From Granulicella sp. (GTDB lineage: Bacteria; Acidobacteriota; Terriglobia; Terriglobales; Acidobacteriaceae): DNA of 64,000 bases. Positions 41,311-51,044 of this stretch are shown here, piece by piece (position 1 is the first letter of the stretch; each line of letters opens with the position of its first letter). The notes under the pieces were generated by a model. The model saw only the letters and a program-made list of their open reading frames with translations. It had not been told where the DNA came from and did no database searches. Where the stretch lies: positions 34,047 to 98,046 of the forward strand of contig DAHWNL010000021.1 in assembly GCA_027339965.1 (NCBI GenBank), written 5' to 3'. The translations under genes and the position numbers were made by a program.

Positions 41311-42297
41311 CTATTGATAGCCGGGATCCGCCTGGACGGGGTCGGCGGAGTGAACCCAGGCGGAGACGATGAGGTCGCGCAGCTCGATGGCCCCTGCAGC
41401 CAGGCGTTCTTCGGTGAAGGATTTGGCCTCCGCAGTTCCGGCGTTCAGAAAGCCGCCTTGCTGGTCGAGCTGGTAGACCTTTGCGACCAGCGAGTGGGAG
41501 TGGAGAAGATAGCGCCAGTACTGGGACCACTCGTCGTCGATCGCGGCGGGCGGCGAGGCGGCGACCAGCGGAGCCACATCCGAGGCCTTGATGTTGGCCG
41601 AGACGTAGACGGACTCAAACTGCGCGTGAATGGAGTGCCCGGTGGTGTAGTGGTGGGGGTTGGGGCCGGTCCAGCCATTGTATTGGATGGTGTCATGCAG
41701 TGGCTGAGAGCCGTCGCCAACGTAGTGGCCCAGCCATCCGGCGTCGTAGAGGATGGCGAGTTGAATGGGAGCTGTGTCCTGGTTGGTTGCGCTGAGTTGA
41801 CGATAGAGGCGGAGGTCGGATTTGAGACGTTGCCAGACCTCTTCCACCTGCCAGGGCTGGAAGCCGACGGTCTCAAAACATTTGATCTCGGGGTGATGGG
41901 GGAGAGCGCCAGTGAGGTTGCGGATAAAGTCATACCGGGCGCGGGGGAACTCATAGCCGGCGATGCAGTCTGGTGTGCCGGCGGCGCAAGGCGTGGCGCC
42001 ATAGATGGCCCACTCGTAGTCAAGGAAATGGTCTGGGGACTGGGTGACGGTGAGTTCGGGTTCGGCATTGCGATGCTTCCAGCGATCAGGCTCCGGTCCC
42101 ATCCACTCGATGACGTCGATGCCGTTGCCATTGCGCAAGAAGTAAGGAACGCTTGCGGGAAGGTATTCTGCAGCCAGTTTGTTGATGATTCGATGGCCAT
42201 CTCGGCCCCAGGCGCAGGCCGTGCGAGCCGACAGGCTGGGAAGAAGAGCGGTGAGCAGAGCCAGACGAGTCAGTCGGGAAGATGAAACGGGAAACAT
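41311..42297 (-). CDS. S1/P1 nuclease family, secreted
   Basis: Signal peptide ending just before WGRDGH; HFLD; GHYVGDGSQPLH; IHAQFE. Confidence 0.88.
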   Translation of the reverse strand: MFPVSSSRLTRLALLTALLPSLSARTACAWGRDGHRIINKLAAEYLPASVPYFLRNGNGIDVIEWMGPEPDRWKHRNAEPELTVTQSPDHFLDYEWAIYGATPCAAGTPDCIAGYEFPRARYDFIRNLTGALPHHPEIKCFETVGFQPWQVEEVWQRLKSDLRLYRQLSATNQDTAPIQLAILYDAGWLGHYVGDGSQPLHDTIQYNGWTGPNPHHYTTGHSIHAQFESVYVSANIKASDVAPLVAASPPAAIDDEWSQYWRYLLHSHSLVAKVYQLDQQGGFLNAGTAEAKSFTEERLAAGAIELRDLIVSAWVHSADPVQADPGYQ

Positions 42298-42389
42298 GGG
42301 GCGAGTATAGCCCCGCAGGTCCGCACTCCGCCGTACATCCTCGTTCACCGCGTCCTGATTCACCGTGACCTGGCTCGCTTTGACCTGGC

Positions 42390-43700
42390 TTATACCAAGA
42401 CGGGGACTTCCTTCTCGACGGGATGATTGAAGACGCGCCGATAGCGTGCGATCAGGTCGGCAGGGCCAGTGGATTTGCTGGGGTTGTCGGAGAGCTTGAC
42501 GGTAGGGATGCCGTCGACGCTGGTGAGTTTGCATACCAGACTGATGGGCTCAAAGGAGTCTTCATTGCGGGGATGGCAGCCGCGAAAGTCGTTGGTGAGC
42601 AATGTCCCCCACCCGGCCGAGAAGCGGATGCGGCCAGTGAAGTAGCTATGGATCTCGACAATGGCGGAGGCATCAAGCGCATCCGAGGCGATGAGGCGCT
42701 TGCTGGTGGGATTCTGGCCGCGCGCGCGCAGCCAGGCAATGTACTCGTCGCCGGCGACAAAGGGATCTTTGGAATCGATTCGTTCGCCGGTCCAGGTGGC
42801 TACCCAGGGAGGGGCGCCCTCGAGGAATTGGGTGGTGCCAAACGTATCCGGCAGAAGGATGAGGAGTTCGTTGTCATAGGACAGGCGCCAGAGATCGAGA
42901 ACCCGATACTGGGAGTTGCGCAGGTCGCTGTCGGAGCCCACGGAGGCCAGCGCCGCCATGGCCATGGGCAGCTCGTGGCCGTTGGTGCCGATGGCTTCAA
43001 GGTCGTGTTTGAAGGCTAGCGCGGTGTTGGAGGTGCCGACAAAAGCGGGGCCAAGCGCGGTAGCCAGAGCCTGGACGCAGTATTCCTGCCAAAGGAAGCT
43101 ATGGCGGCGTCGGGTGCCGAAATCGGAGATCTGTAGCCCTGGAACGGTGCGAAGCATTTCAATCTTGTCCCACAGACGGGTCTTGGCGCGAGCGTAGAGG
43201 ACGTCCAGTTCAAGTTCATTGAGGGCCGCCAGGGCTGCACGGCTCTTCATCTCGCTGACGATGGCCAGAGAGTAAATCTCCCACAGGGTCACTTCGCTCC
43301 AAAGGCCGGAGAAGCGGATGCTGAGCTGGCCGTTGGATTCCTCGATGGTGTAGTCGGAGAGGCGGAAGTCGTTCTCCAGCCAGTGCAGGAAGTCAGGGCG
43401 AAAGATCTGTTTGGTTCCGTAGAAGGTGTTGCCGGCCAGCCAGACGAGCTCACTGCGGCGGAAGCGGAGTGAGCGCACGTGTTCCATCTGCTCACGGAGG
43501 GCGGCGGCGGGGATGCGATCGGCCAGACGGATATGAAGGGTCCGGTTGTAGATCTCGCTGGTGGCGTGGGTGGCAGGAAAGTTCTTCCAGATGAACTGCA
43601 ACATCAGCAGCTTGTAAAAATCAGTGTCGAGCAGCGAGCGGACGATGGGGTCCAGCTTCCAGTTGTGGTTATGAGCGCGCTCGGCAAAGTTGACGTTCAT
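42390..43700 (-). CDS. pncB: Nicotinate phosphoribosyltransferase
   Basis: SLLDTDFYK, DFGTRRR, GTSN, GTNGHE, VKLSDNP. Confidence 0.95.
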   Translation of the reverse strand: MNVNFAERAHNHNWKLDPIVRSLLDTDFYKLLMLQFIWKNFPATHATSEIYNRTLHIRLADRIPAAALREQMEHVRSLRFRRSELVWLAGNTFYGTKQIFRPDFLHWLENDFRLSDYTIEESNGQLSIRFSGLWSEVTLWEIYSLAIVSEMKSRAALAALNELELDVLYARAKTRLWDKIEMLRTVPGLQISDFGTRRRHSFLWQEYCVQALATALGPAFVGTSNTALAFKHDLEAIGTNGHELPMAMAALASVGSDSDLRNSQYRVLDLWRLSYDNELLILLPDTFGTTQFLEGAPPWVATWTGERIDSKDPFVAGDEYIAWLRARGQNPTSKRLIASDALDASAIVEIHSYFTGRIRFSAGWGTLLTNDFRGCHPRNEDSFEPISLVCKLTSVDGIPTVKLSDNPSKSTGPADLIARYRRVFNHPVEKEVPVLV

Positions 43701-43945
43701 CGTGATTAACAGGGTATCAATGGACGAGCCGATGTGCGGATGACTCCCCAGAGCCCGGTCAGGTCCTGAGAGCCTGCATCGCTCCATGAAGATCTCCATG
43801 ATCTGAGTTTTCTTCCCCGGGTTTCCGGGTCAAAGGACGGATATTCGCCTTCTCAGCAGGTCTCCCTCAGAGGGTCTTCGGGCTAGTCGAAAATTCGCCG
43901 AATTCGGCCTGGAGACGGGGTGGGACGAGATAAACTTGAGGAGAT

Positions 43946-45010
43946 ATGACGACCAAAAAGCAACTTCTTGCAGACCCGATTCAACACATCGATATCAAGC
44001 AGCACAACGTAGTGGCGCTGGTGGATGCCATGGCGTCCATGGCGTATAGCTCGCGCGATCTGGCGCGGGCGGCCCATATCTACGAGAGGATGCTGCTGGA
44101 CACTGACTGCGGAGTGATCCTTTGCCTGGCCGGGAGCCTGATCTCAGCCGGGTTGCAGAAAGTGATTGTGGATCTGGTAAGAAACAACATGGTCGATGCA
44201 ATCGTCTCGACAGGCGCCAATATTGTGGATCAGGACTTTTTTGAAGCTCTGGGATTCCGGCATTACCTTGCCGGCGACCAGTACAAGTACGGCGCCGGAG
44301 ACGCCGAACTGCGCGAGTTGATGATCGACCGCATCTATGACACGTTCATTGATGAGGAGGAGCTTAGAATCTGCGACGAAACCACCGAGAAGATCGCCAA
44401 CGGACTACCGCCGCGGCCCTACTCCTCGCGAGAGTTTATCCAGGCGATGGGCCGGTATTTGAAGGAGCAAGGAAGGACTCCTGCCGACGGTCAGAATGAC
44501 TCGATCGTGCTCGCCTGTTATGAAAAAGAGGTTCCCATCTTTTGCCCAGCCTTCTCGGATTGCTCCGCGGGGTTCGGGCTGGTGGCTCACCAGCATGCGC
44601 GGCGTGGCAAGCCCGCGGTTTCGATCGATTCTGCCAAGGATTTTTATGAATTGACCCAGTTGAAGATCGCTAACCCGACGACGGGACTGCTGATGATTGG
44701 TGGAGGAGTTCCGAAGAACTTCGCCCAGGATATTGTGGTGGCCGCCGATGTGCTCGGTATAGAAGCCTCCATGCACAAATACGCCATCCAGATCACGGTG
44801 GCTGATGCTCGCGATGGAGCGCTCAGCGGGTCGACGTTGAAGGAGGCCTCAAGCTGGGGCAAGGTGGACCTGACCTTTGAACAGATGGTGTACGCCGAGG
44901 CCACGATCGCCTTTCCGTTGATAGCCGGCTATGCGTTTCACAAGGGGGCGTGCAAGGCGCGCTCAGGGAAGAAGTTTGCCCAGGTGTTACTGGAGACAGT
45001 GAATGCCTGA
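43946..45010 (+). CDS. Deoxyhypusine synthase-like protein (probable homospermidine/polyamine synthesis)
   Basis: STGAN, DRIYD, PAFSD, GGGVPKNF, GALSGSTLKEASSWGK. Confidence 0.9.
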   Translation: MTTKKQLLADPIQHIDIKQHNVVALVDAMASMAYSSRDLARAAHIYERMLLDTDCGVILCLAGSLISAGLQKVIVDLVRNNMVDAIVSTGANIVDQDFFEALGFRHYLAGDQYKYGAGDAELRELMIDRIYDTFIDEEELRICDETTEKIANGLPPRPYSSREFIQAMGRYLKEQGRTPADGQNDSIVLACYEKEVPIFCPAFSDCSAGFGLVAHQHARRGKPAVSIDSAKDFYELTQLKIANPTTGLLMIGGGVPKNFAQDIVVAADVLGIEASMHKYAIQITVADARDGALSGSTLKEASSWGKVDLTFEQMVYAEATIAFPLIAGYAFHKGACKARSGKKFAQVLLETVNA

Positions 45011-45273
45011 AGGAAGAGCGTAGGAGCCGACAGACAGATTTTGGATGAGGGCGGCGAGGCGGCGGAGCTTCGCCGTTCTGATTTCAGGGCAAACAGGCAG
45101 ATAGGGAGAGTTTCGGCAGAGGCCCGATGCGGATGAGCCGGAGATGCGCTTCCCGCGCTGCGCCTTCTCCGTGGCAGGATCTTCAGGGACCGCGGCGACT
45201 TCAGTTCATCCCTCGGGAGGACATGTTTGTTCGGGAATCTGAATCGGAGAAGGGCGCAAGGAATTCGGACTGC

Positions 45274-45299
45274 CGCGTTACACTTACACTGAAAATGCT
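45274..45299 (+). repeat. Right-end fragment of the MITE-like element
   Basis: CGCGTTACACTTACACTGAAAATGCT versus copy 1 CGCGTTACACCTGCACTGGAAATG. Confidence 0.6.
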
Positions 45300-45307
45300 G
45301 CGGGAGA

Positions 45308-46594
45308 GTGATGGGCGGGTTGCTGACAAAGCCGGCGGATGTGTTCACGAGTGCTTCATCGCTGCTCGGACGCCGAGTGCTGGGTGCCGATGGGAGGGTG
45401 CTGGGCAGGGTGAAGGATCTGGCTGTCGACGTGACGCTAGACCAATCCCACGTAGCTGAACTGGTATTGCTCGTCGGCTCGGGGCGAAAGAAGAAGACGA
45501 TGCTGCAACCGGTAGGGGAGTTGGTTTCGCCAGAAAGCAACGAAGAGGAGTTGCGGGCAAGATCCAATCCGGCGGAGTACAAGGAGCAGAATGGCTATCT
45601 GCTGCTGGACTATGACGTTTTGGACCAGCAGATTATCGACGTGGACGGACACAAGGTCGTTCGAGTGAACGACGTAAGCCTGGCCTGGGAGGCCCGAGCG
45701 CGTGAGGGAGGGGCTACAGGGCTGCGGATTGAGGGTGTGGAGGTGGGTAACCGGGGCGCCATGCGACGGCTCTTCAAGGGGCTGCCGGTGGCTCTGCTGG
45801 ACCAGTTGGTTTTGCGGCTGAGTGCGCGGCAGATTCCCTGGGCGTGCGTTGATCTCATCGATCGCGACCCGGCGCGAATGGTGCGGTTGAAGATTGGCCA
45901 GGATCGGCTCGCCAGGTTGCATCCATCCGATATTGCAGACATTCTGGAAGATCTGGCGCCGGTGGAGCGAGAGGCCGTATTCTCCAGCCTGCCCGAAGAG
46001 ACGGCGGCTGAGACCCTGGAGGAGGTAGATCCGAGGCTCCAAAAGGCGCTGCTGCAGGGGCTGGACTCGGAGCGCGCCGCAGACATTCTCGAAGAGATGG
46101 ATCCGGGCGCAGCGGCCGACGTGTTGGCAGAGTTGAGTGATGAACAGTCCGAGGCGATTCTGGAGGAGATGGAGCCGGAGGAACGGCAGGATGTGGAGGA
46201 GTTGCTGGAGTTCTCCGCAGAGTCCGCAGCCGGGCGGATGACGACGGACTACGTGAGCGTTCCCATGAATGCCACGGTCGCCGATGCCGTGCAAGCCCTG
46301 CGCGAGTTCGAAGGAGATCCCGATACGATTACGGAGGTCTACCTGTTGGGCGAGGAGGAGAAGCTGGCCGGCGTGGTGATGCTGCCCAGATTGCTGCTGG
46401 CCAAGACAGAAACGCTACTGGCGACTCTGGCGGACGGGCATAATGTGTGCTGCCAGCTGAATGCGAAAGAGAAGGAGGTTGCCGAGCTGTTTGATAAATA
46501 TAATCTGCGCTCGCTCCCGGTTGTGGACCATCAGGGACGCTTGACCGGGGTGATCCATGCCGAGCAGGTGATTGCCCTGCTGCGCGAGAGGTAA
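45308..46594 (+). CDS. Soluble MgtE-like protein (PRC-like + MgtE_N + CBS pair, no TM domain)
   Basis: LDQQIID..G.KVVRVND, LHPSDIADILE, SAAGRMTT, FDKYNLRSLPVVD; ends after the CBS pair. Confidence 0.85.
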   Translation: MMGGLLTKPADVFTSASSLLGRRVLGADGRVLGRVKDLAVDVTLDQSHVAELVLLVGSGRKKKTMLQPVGELVSPESNEEELRARSNPAEYKEQNGYLLLDYDVLDQQIIDVDGHKVVRVNDVSLAWEARAREGGATGLRIEGVEVGNRGAMRRLFKGLPVALLDQLVLRLSARQIPWACVDLIDRDPARMVRLKIGQDRLARLHPSDIADILEDLAPVEREAVFSSLPEETAAETLEEVDPRLQKALLQGLDSERAADILEEMDPGAAADVLAELSDEQSEAILEEMEPEERQDVEELLEFSAESAAGRMTTDYVSVPMNATVADAVQALREFEGDPDTITEVYLLGEEEKLAGVVMLPRLLLAKTETLLATLADGHNVCCQLNAKEKEVAELFDKYNLRSLPVVDHQGRLTGVIHAEQVIALLRER

Positions 46595-46861
46595 AGAATC
46601 TCTCTGACGGCTTGATGGAGAGCTTGGAAGCCGCAGGATCCTGTGGCCCCAAGGAGACGCGCCTTGAGAGCCAAGAGAGCGGCGGTCTCATCGGCCCACG
46701 GAGAGATTGCTGCCGAGGTTGAGCCAAAGGGCTTGAACGGACTCCTTGCGGGACGCCGCGACGGCCAAAGAGGCGCGGAGCCGGCGACAGAATGGGGCGC
46801 AGGGTGCGAACAGCATGCAGAGGCTGTCGAGCAGGCCGGTTTCAGAAGATGGGGGTGAACG

Positions 46862-47917
46862 GTGAAGATTCTCTACGCGGCCCAACTCTCGCCGAATGAT
46901 TCCGCTCAGTACCGCGCCTGGGCTCTGGAGCGTTTGGGGCACACGGTAGCGCCGCTTGATTCCCGCCAGTATCAGCCGCGCGCGGAGTTGCTTCGGAAGC
47001 TGATGCATCGAGCGCAGATGGGGCCGTGGGTGATATGGCTGAACCGCGATCTACTGGCCCAGGCTGAAAGGGAACGTCCGGATATCTTTTGGGCGGACAA
47101 GCTGCTGGGTTTGTGGCCAAAGACGCTGGATCGGCTGCGGGCGATGGGCATCCAGACGGTCAGCTACATGATTGATAACGCGTTCGGGCCGCGGCGCGAT
47201 CCGGGATGGAGGCTGTACAAGAGATGCATTCCGCACTTCGATCTGCATGTTGTGCAGCGGGACAGCAACCTTGTGGACTATCGGCGGCAGGGCGCGCGCG
47301 ATGTGCTGAAGATCCAGACGGCGTACGAGCCGACGATTCACTTTCCTGTAGATGGGCACAAGAGTGTGGTGTGGAGCGATGCCGATCGAAACCGCGGGGT
47401 CTCCTTTATCGGGACCGCCTACGATGACCGGTCCGAGTTCTTGGCCAGGCTGTGGAGAGAGCGTGGGTTCCCCGTGGTGATCTCGGGCGATGGGATGTGG
47501 AGGGAAAGGTTGGACAAGGAGGCGGCCGAGAGGCTTTACACCGGATCCGAGCTTTATGGAAGGGAGTATCGAGAGGCGATCTGGCGGTCGAAGATCAATC
47601 TGAGCTTCCTTACCCACTCCAACCAGGACGAGTTTGCGCACAAGAGCTTCGAGATTGCGGCCTGTGGGGGGTTTTTGCTGGCGGAGCGGTCCGAGGGGCA
47701 TCGGGCGAGGTTCGTCGAGGACGAAGAGGCTGTCTTCTTCACCGGCTTTGAGGAGTGCGCGGAGAAGATCCGGCGGTATCTGCCGGATGAGAAGGCGCGA
47801 GAGCGGATCGCCCGAGCGGGCCGGGAGCGGGCAGTGCGCAACGGCTACTCCAACGATGCACAGGTGGAGAAGATTCTGGCTCGATTGGAGGCCCTGCGAT
47901 CAACGGCGGGAGCATGA
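46862..47917 (+). CDS. Glycosyltransferase (CgeB/Glyco_trans_1_2 type)
   Basis: VSFIGT, SKINLSF, SFEIAACGGFLLAE, IARAGRER. Confidence 0.85.
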   Translation: MKILYAAQLSPNDSAQYRAWALERLGHTVAPLDSRQYQPRAELLRKLMHRAQMGPWVIWLNRDLLAQAERERPDIFWADKLLGLWPKTLDRLRAMGIQTVSYMIDNAFGPRRDPGWRLYKRCIPHFDLHVVQRDSNLVDYRRQGARDVLKIQTAYEPTIHFPVDGHKSVVWSDADRNRGVSFIGTAYDDRSEFLARLWRERGFPVVISGDGMWRERLDKEAAERLYTGSELYGREYREAIWRSKINLSFLTHSNQDEFAHKSFEIAACGGFLLAERSEGHRARFVEDEEAVFFTGFEECAEKIRRYLPDEKARERIARAGRERAVRNGYSNDAQVEKILARLEALRSTAGA

Positions 47918-48211
47918 AAGACAGCCTGTGGAGGAGAGCCGGTGGTGATGAACAGGGGCTCGGTCTGCGGAACATCCCGTGCGGAGGATAGGGCTCCTTC
48001 CTGGCTAAAAAAGCTTCCTTTCAGAAGGCTCCAGGAGAAGGTAATCTAAACTGAGTGCCGGGGAGTGAGGCAGGATGCTGAGGACAACAAGGTTGGTTGG
48101 CGGTGCCATGTCCTGGCCCCTGCGGGGTGGGGTTTGCGGTGCTGTGGCCGACGGTTTCGCACGGTATGGAGCGGCTCTGTGCCGCGAAGACTCCATGGCG
48201 GCGGTGCGGGT

Positions 48212-49480
48212 GTGAGTTTCTGGAAGCGTTACCGGACCAGCATCCTTCTTTTTTTTGCGGTGCTCGGGCCGGGGTTTATCACGGCGAATGTGGACAATGA
48301 TGCGGGGGGGATCCTGACCTACTCGCAGGCCGGCGCGCAGTATGGCTACCACCTTCTGTGGACGATGCTGCCGATCACTCTGGCGTTGATTGTGGTGCAG
48401 GAAATGTGCGCCCGGATGGGGGTCGTCACGGGCAAGGGATTGAGCGACCTGATCCGCGAAGAGTTCGGCCTGCGCATGACGTTTGTGATGATGGTGCTGC
48501 TGGTGGTGGTGAACTTCGGCAACGTGATTGCGGAATTTTCCGGAATCGCTGGGTCACTGCAACTGTTTCACGTGAGCAAATACATCAGCGTGCCGATCTG
48601 TGCCGCGGCCGTGTGGGTGCTGGTGGTCAAGGGAGACTACAAGAGCGTCGAGAAGATCTTCTTGATCGCCAGCGTGTTTTACATCTGCTACATTGCGGCC
48701 GGAGTGCTGGCGCAGCCGGACTGGCACAAGTCTCTGATAGAAACGATCAAGGTGCCGGGAAGAGCGGTTTGGCGGGATCACAACTATGTGTACATGGTCG
48801 TGGGCGTGGTAGGAACGACGATCGCACCTTGGATGCAGTTCTATCTGCAGTCTTCCGTGGTAGAGAAGGGTGTTTCCATCAAAGAGTACGGAGCATCTCG
48901 CCTGGATGTGATCGTGGGGTGCTTTTTCACCGACATTGTGGCGTGGTTCATCATCGTGGCTTGTGCCGCGACCCTGTGGGTGCATGGAATGCAGAATATC
49001 AATGTGCCGGCGGATGCGGCCCAGGCGATGCGGCCATTGGCGGGTGACTTCGCCTATATTCTGTTTGCGGCGGGTCTCTTCAACGCCTCGTTTTTTGCCG
49101 CCAGCGTGTTGCCGATCTCGACGGCCTACAGCGTTTGCGAGGGACTGGGATTTGAGAGCGGGGTAGACAAGAAGTTCCGTCAGGCCCCGTTTTTTTACTG
49201 GTTGTATACGCTGCTGATTGTTGCCGGGGCGGCGGTGGTGTTGATTCCAAAATTTCCGCTGGTCATGATGACAATTCTGAGCCAGGTATTGAACGGAGTG
49301 CTACTGCCGTTCGTGCTGTACTTCATGCTCAAGCTGGTGAACAACAAGCGGTTAATGGGCGACCATACGAACTCTCGGTGGTTCAACTGGACCGCTTGGG
49401 CCTCTACGGTGATCATGGTAGGGTTGACGCTGATGATGCTGTGGCAGCAGATAGCCCAGCTCGCGGGGACCAAGAGCTAA
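48212..49480 (+). CDS. NRAMP-related divalent cation (probably Mg2+) transporter
   Basis: GPGFITANVDNDAGG (not DPGN), QEMCARMG, GTTIAPW, SQVLNG. Confidence 0.88.
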   Translation: MSFWKRYRTSILLFFAVLGPGFITANVDNDAGGILTYSQAGAQYGYHLLWTMLPITLALIVVQEMCARMGVVTGKGLSDLIREEFGLRMTFVMMVLLVVVNFGNVIAEFSGIAGSLQLFHVSKYISVPICAAAVWVLVVKGDYKSVEKIFLIASVFYICYIAAGVLAQPDWHKSLIETIKVPGRAVWRDHNYVYMVVGVVGTTIAPWMQFYLQSSVVEKGVSIKEYGASRLDVIVGCFFTDIVAWFIIVACAATLWVHGMQNINVPADAAQAMRPLAGDFAYILFAAGLFNASFFAASVLPISTAYSVCEGLGFESGVDKKFRQAPFFYWLYTLLIVAGAAVVLIPKFPLVMMTILSQVLNGVLLPFVLYFMLKLVNNKRLMGDHTNSRWFNWTAWASTVIMVGLTLMMLWQQIAQLAGTKS

Positions 49481-49682
49481 TCTCGCAGGAACCAAGAGCG
49501 AATCGTCCTGAATCTCTCCCTGGCCGGTGGCGCGCGGGGCCGCCTAGAACCCACTTTTTTGGGTGCGGCTGGTCCGAGGAAGCGGTAACGGGAGTCCGGC
49601 CGCCGGGTGGGGTACGAAGGGAGTGGCCAAACTGCGTGTACGCGGTGGAGCAAAAAATGGACCACGAACTGGCGCTCAGACG

Positions 49683-50100
49683 GGTTCTTCGTCACATTTG
49701 ATGAACCGATCTGGGTACTTTTGGGGCGGGTGGTATTGGGGTAGAAGGAGATTAGCTCTGTCGGCTCCGCAATCGCAGCTATGGGACAGAGGACTTTATT
49801 GCCAGACGTCAGCGAAGTGGTACTGGACCAGTTGCGGGTTCAGGGGCGTGAGCGGATTCTCATGGTTTTGCGACCGGCAGGCGAGCAGAGCCGCTCTCCA
49901 TGCTGCCACGGGCAGTCCTATCGCATTCACAGTTGGTATCGGCGACGGTTGAGGGATCTTCCGTGGGAAGGGATTGCGGTCGGCATCGAGCTTTGCGTGC
50001 GGCGATTTTTCTGCGACGCGGAGGATTGTCCGCGAAGGATTTTCACCGAACCGCTGGGGAAGACGGCGCCGCGCTATGCGCGACGTACCGCGCGGCTGAG
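49683..50100 (+). mobile_element. ISL3-family remnant (left IR + N-terminal zinc-finger part of the transposase)
   Basis: GGTTCTT... end; ORF from 49781 with HSWYRRRLRDLP...VRRFFC....CPRRIFTE...YARRT; truncated near 50100. Confidence 0.85.
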
Positions 50101-50314
50101 CTGGGCGCGGAGCGAGGCCAGGGAGTGAAGGAGGAGGGAGTCCTCGTGTTCGATCTCGCCACCGATCAGGTAGGGCAGGCCACAGTTGGCAAAGGAGATA
50201 TGGGGACCGCGTTCGAGCACGATGATCTCGCAGTGCTCGCAGAGGCGTCGAAGGCGCGGCGCCGCCGGCGACACCTCCTACGATCACGATTCGCTTTTGA
50301 TCCAGAGTCGTCAT
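50097..50314 (-). pseudogene. N-terminal remnant of a CoA-disulfide/persulfide reductase (Cdr/Npsr type)
   Basis: KRIVIVGGVAGGA, then frameshifted RLRRL...ERGPHISFANCGLPY; truncated at the ISL3 junction. Confidence 0.85.
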
Positions 50315-50453
50315 TTCCTCTCCGAGGCGCAGGTTGACCGTCATCGTCCGTGGACAGGGGTGAACGGACGAGGTATGGACGCTCTCGGGCGTGCCAGGAG
50401 GCGCTGCCGCAGAGCCCCAGCGAAGTGCGCGCGGCAGCGCCAGATCAAATCGA

Positions 50454-51014
50454 TTAGAGAAAGAAAGCCTGCTTGGCCTCACCGATGAGCTGGATGAAGG
50501 TTCCGACGCCGACGAAGTCGAGGTTGGGGTAATCGATCATCTCAGCCTCTTTGAGGCCCATGACGCCCATGGACATCTCGCAGATGTGAATGCGGATGCC
50601 GCTTTCTCCGGCCTCCTTGATCAACTGTTCGAGCGAATTGACGCCATGCTTCTTCATGACGGCGCGGATCATTTTGGGACCCATGCCGCACATCTGCATT
50701 TTGGAGAGAGGAAGCTTCATGGATCTGGAGGGAAGCATCCAGCCGAACATCTTTTCCATGAGATTTTTTTTGGCGCTCTTGCGGGAATCGCGGAGAGCGG
50801 CGATGGACCAGAAGGTAAAGAAGAGGTCGACCTCGATATCGTAGGCGGTGGCGCCGAGGGCGATGATGAACGCGGCGATGGTGGTGTCCAGGTTACCGGA
50901 CATGACGCCGAGCGCGAGGCGGTTATCGCCGGCGTTGTGTTCGACGGTGTCGAGGCGGGCGCTGAGCTGTTCGATTGCCTGCTGCATTTCAAGGAGCGAA
51001 GGAGTTTCAGGCAT
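50454..51014 (-). CDS. DsrE/DsrF/DrsH-like (DsrE2-type) sulfur-transfer protein
   Basis: SGNLD, LFFTFW, LPLSKM, IHICEMSM, VGVGTF. Confidence 0.88.
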   Translation of the reverse strand: MPETPSLLEMQQAIEQLSARLDTVEHNAGDNRLALGVMSGNLDTTIAAFIIALGATAYDIEVDLFFTFWSIAALRDSRKSAKKNLMEKMFGWMLPSRSMKLPLSKMQMCGMGPKMIRAVMKKHGVNSLEQLIKEAGESGIRIHICEMSMGVMGLKEAEMIDYPNLDFVGVGTFIQLIGEAKQAFFL

Positions 51015-51044
51015 GGTGGCCTTCCTTTCAGGGTAAGAGTTCGA

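Noticed and set aside
45010..45310. M-box riboswitch upstream of the MgtE-like gene
   Set aside because: No recognisable M-box consensus by eye; an Rfam/Infernal scan would be needed.
49520..49550. GGTGGCGCGCGGGG as an att duplicate of the tRNA 3' end
   Set aside because: The match to GGTGGCCCGGGCAGG is too short and divergent.
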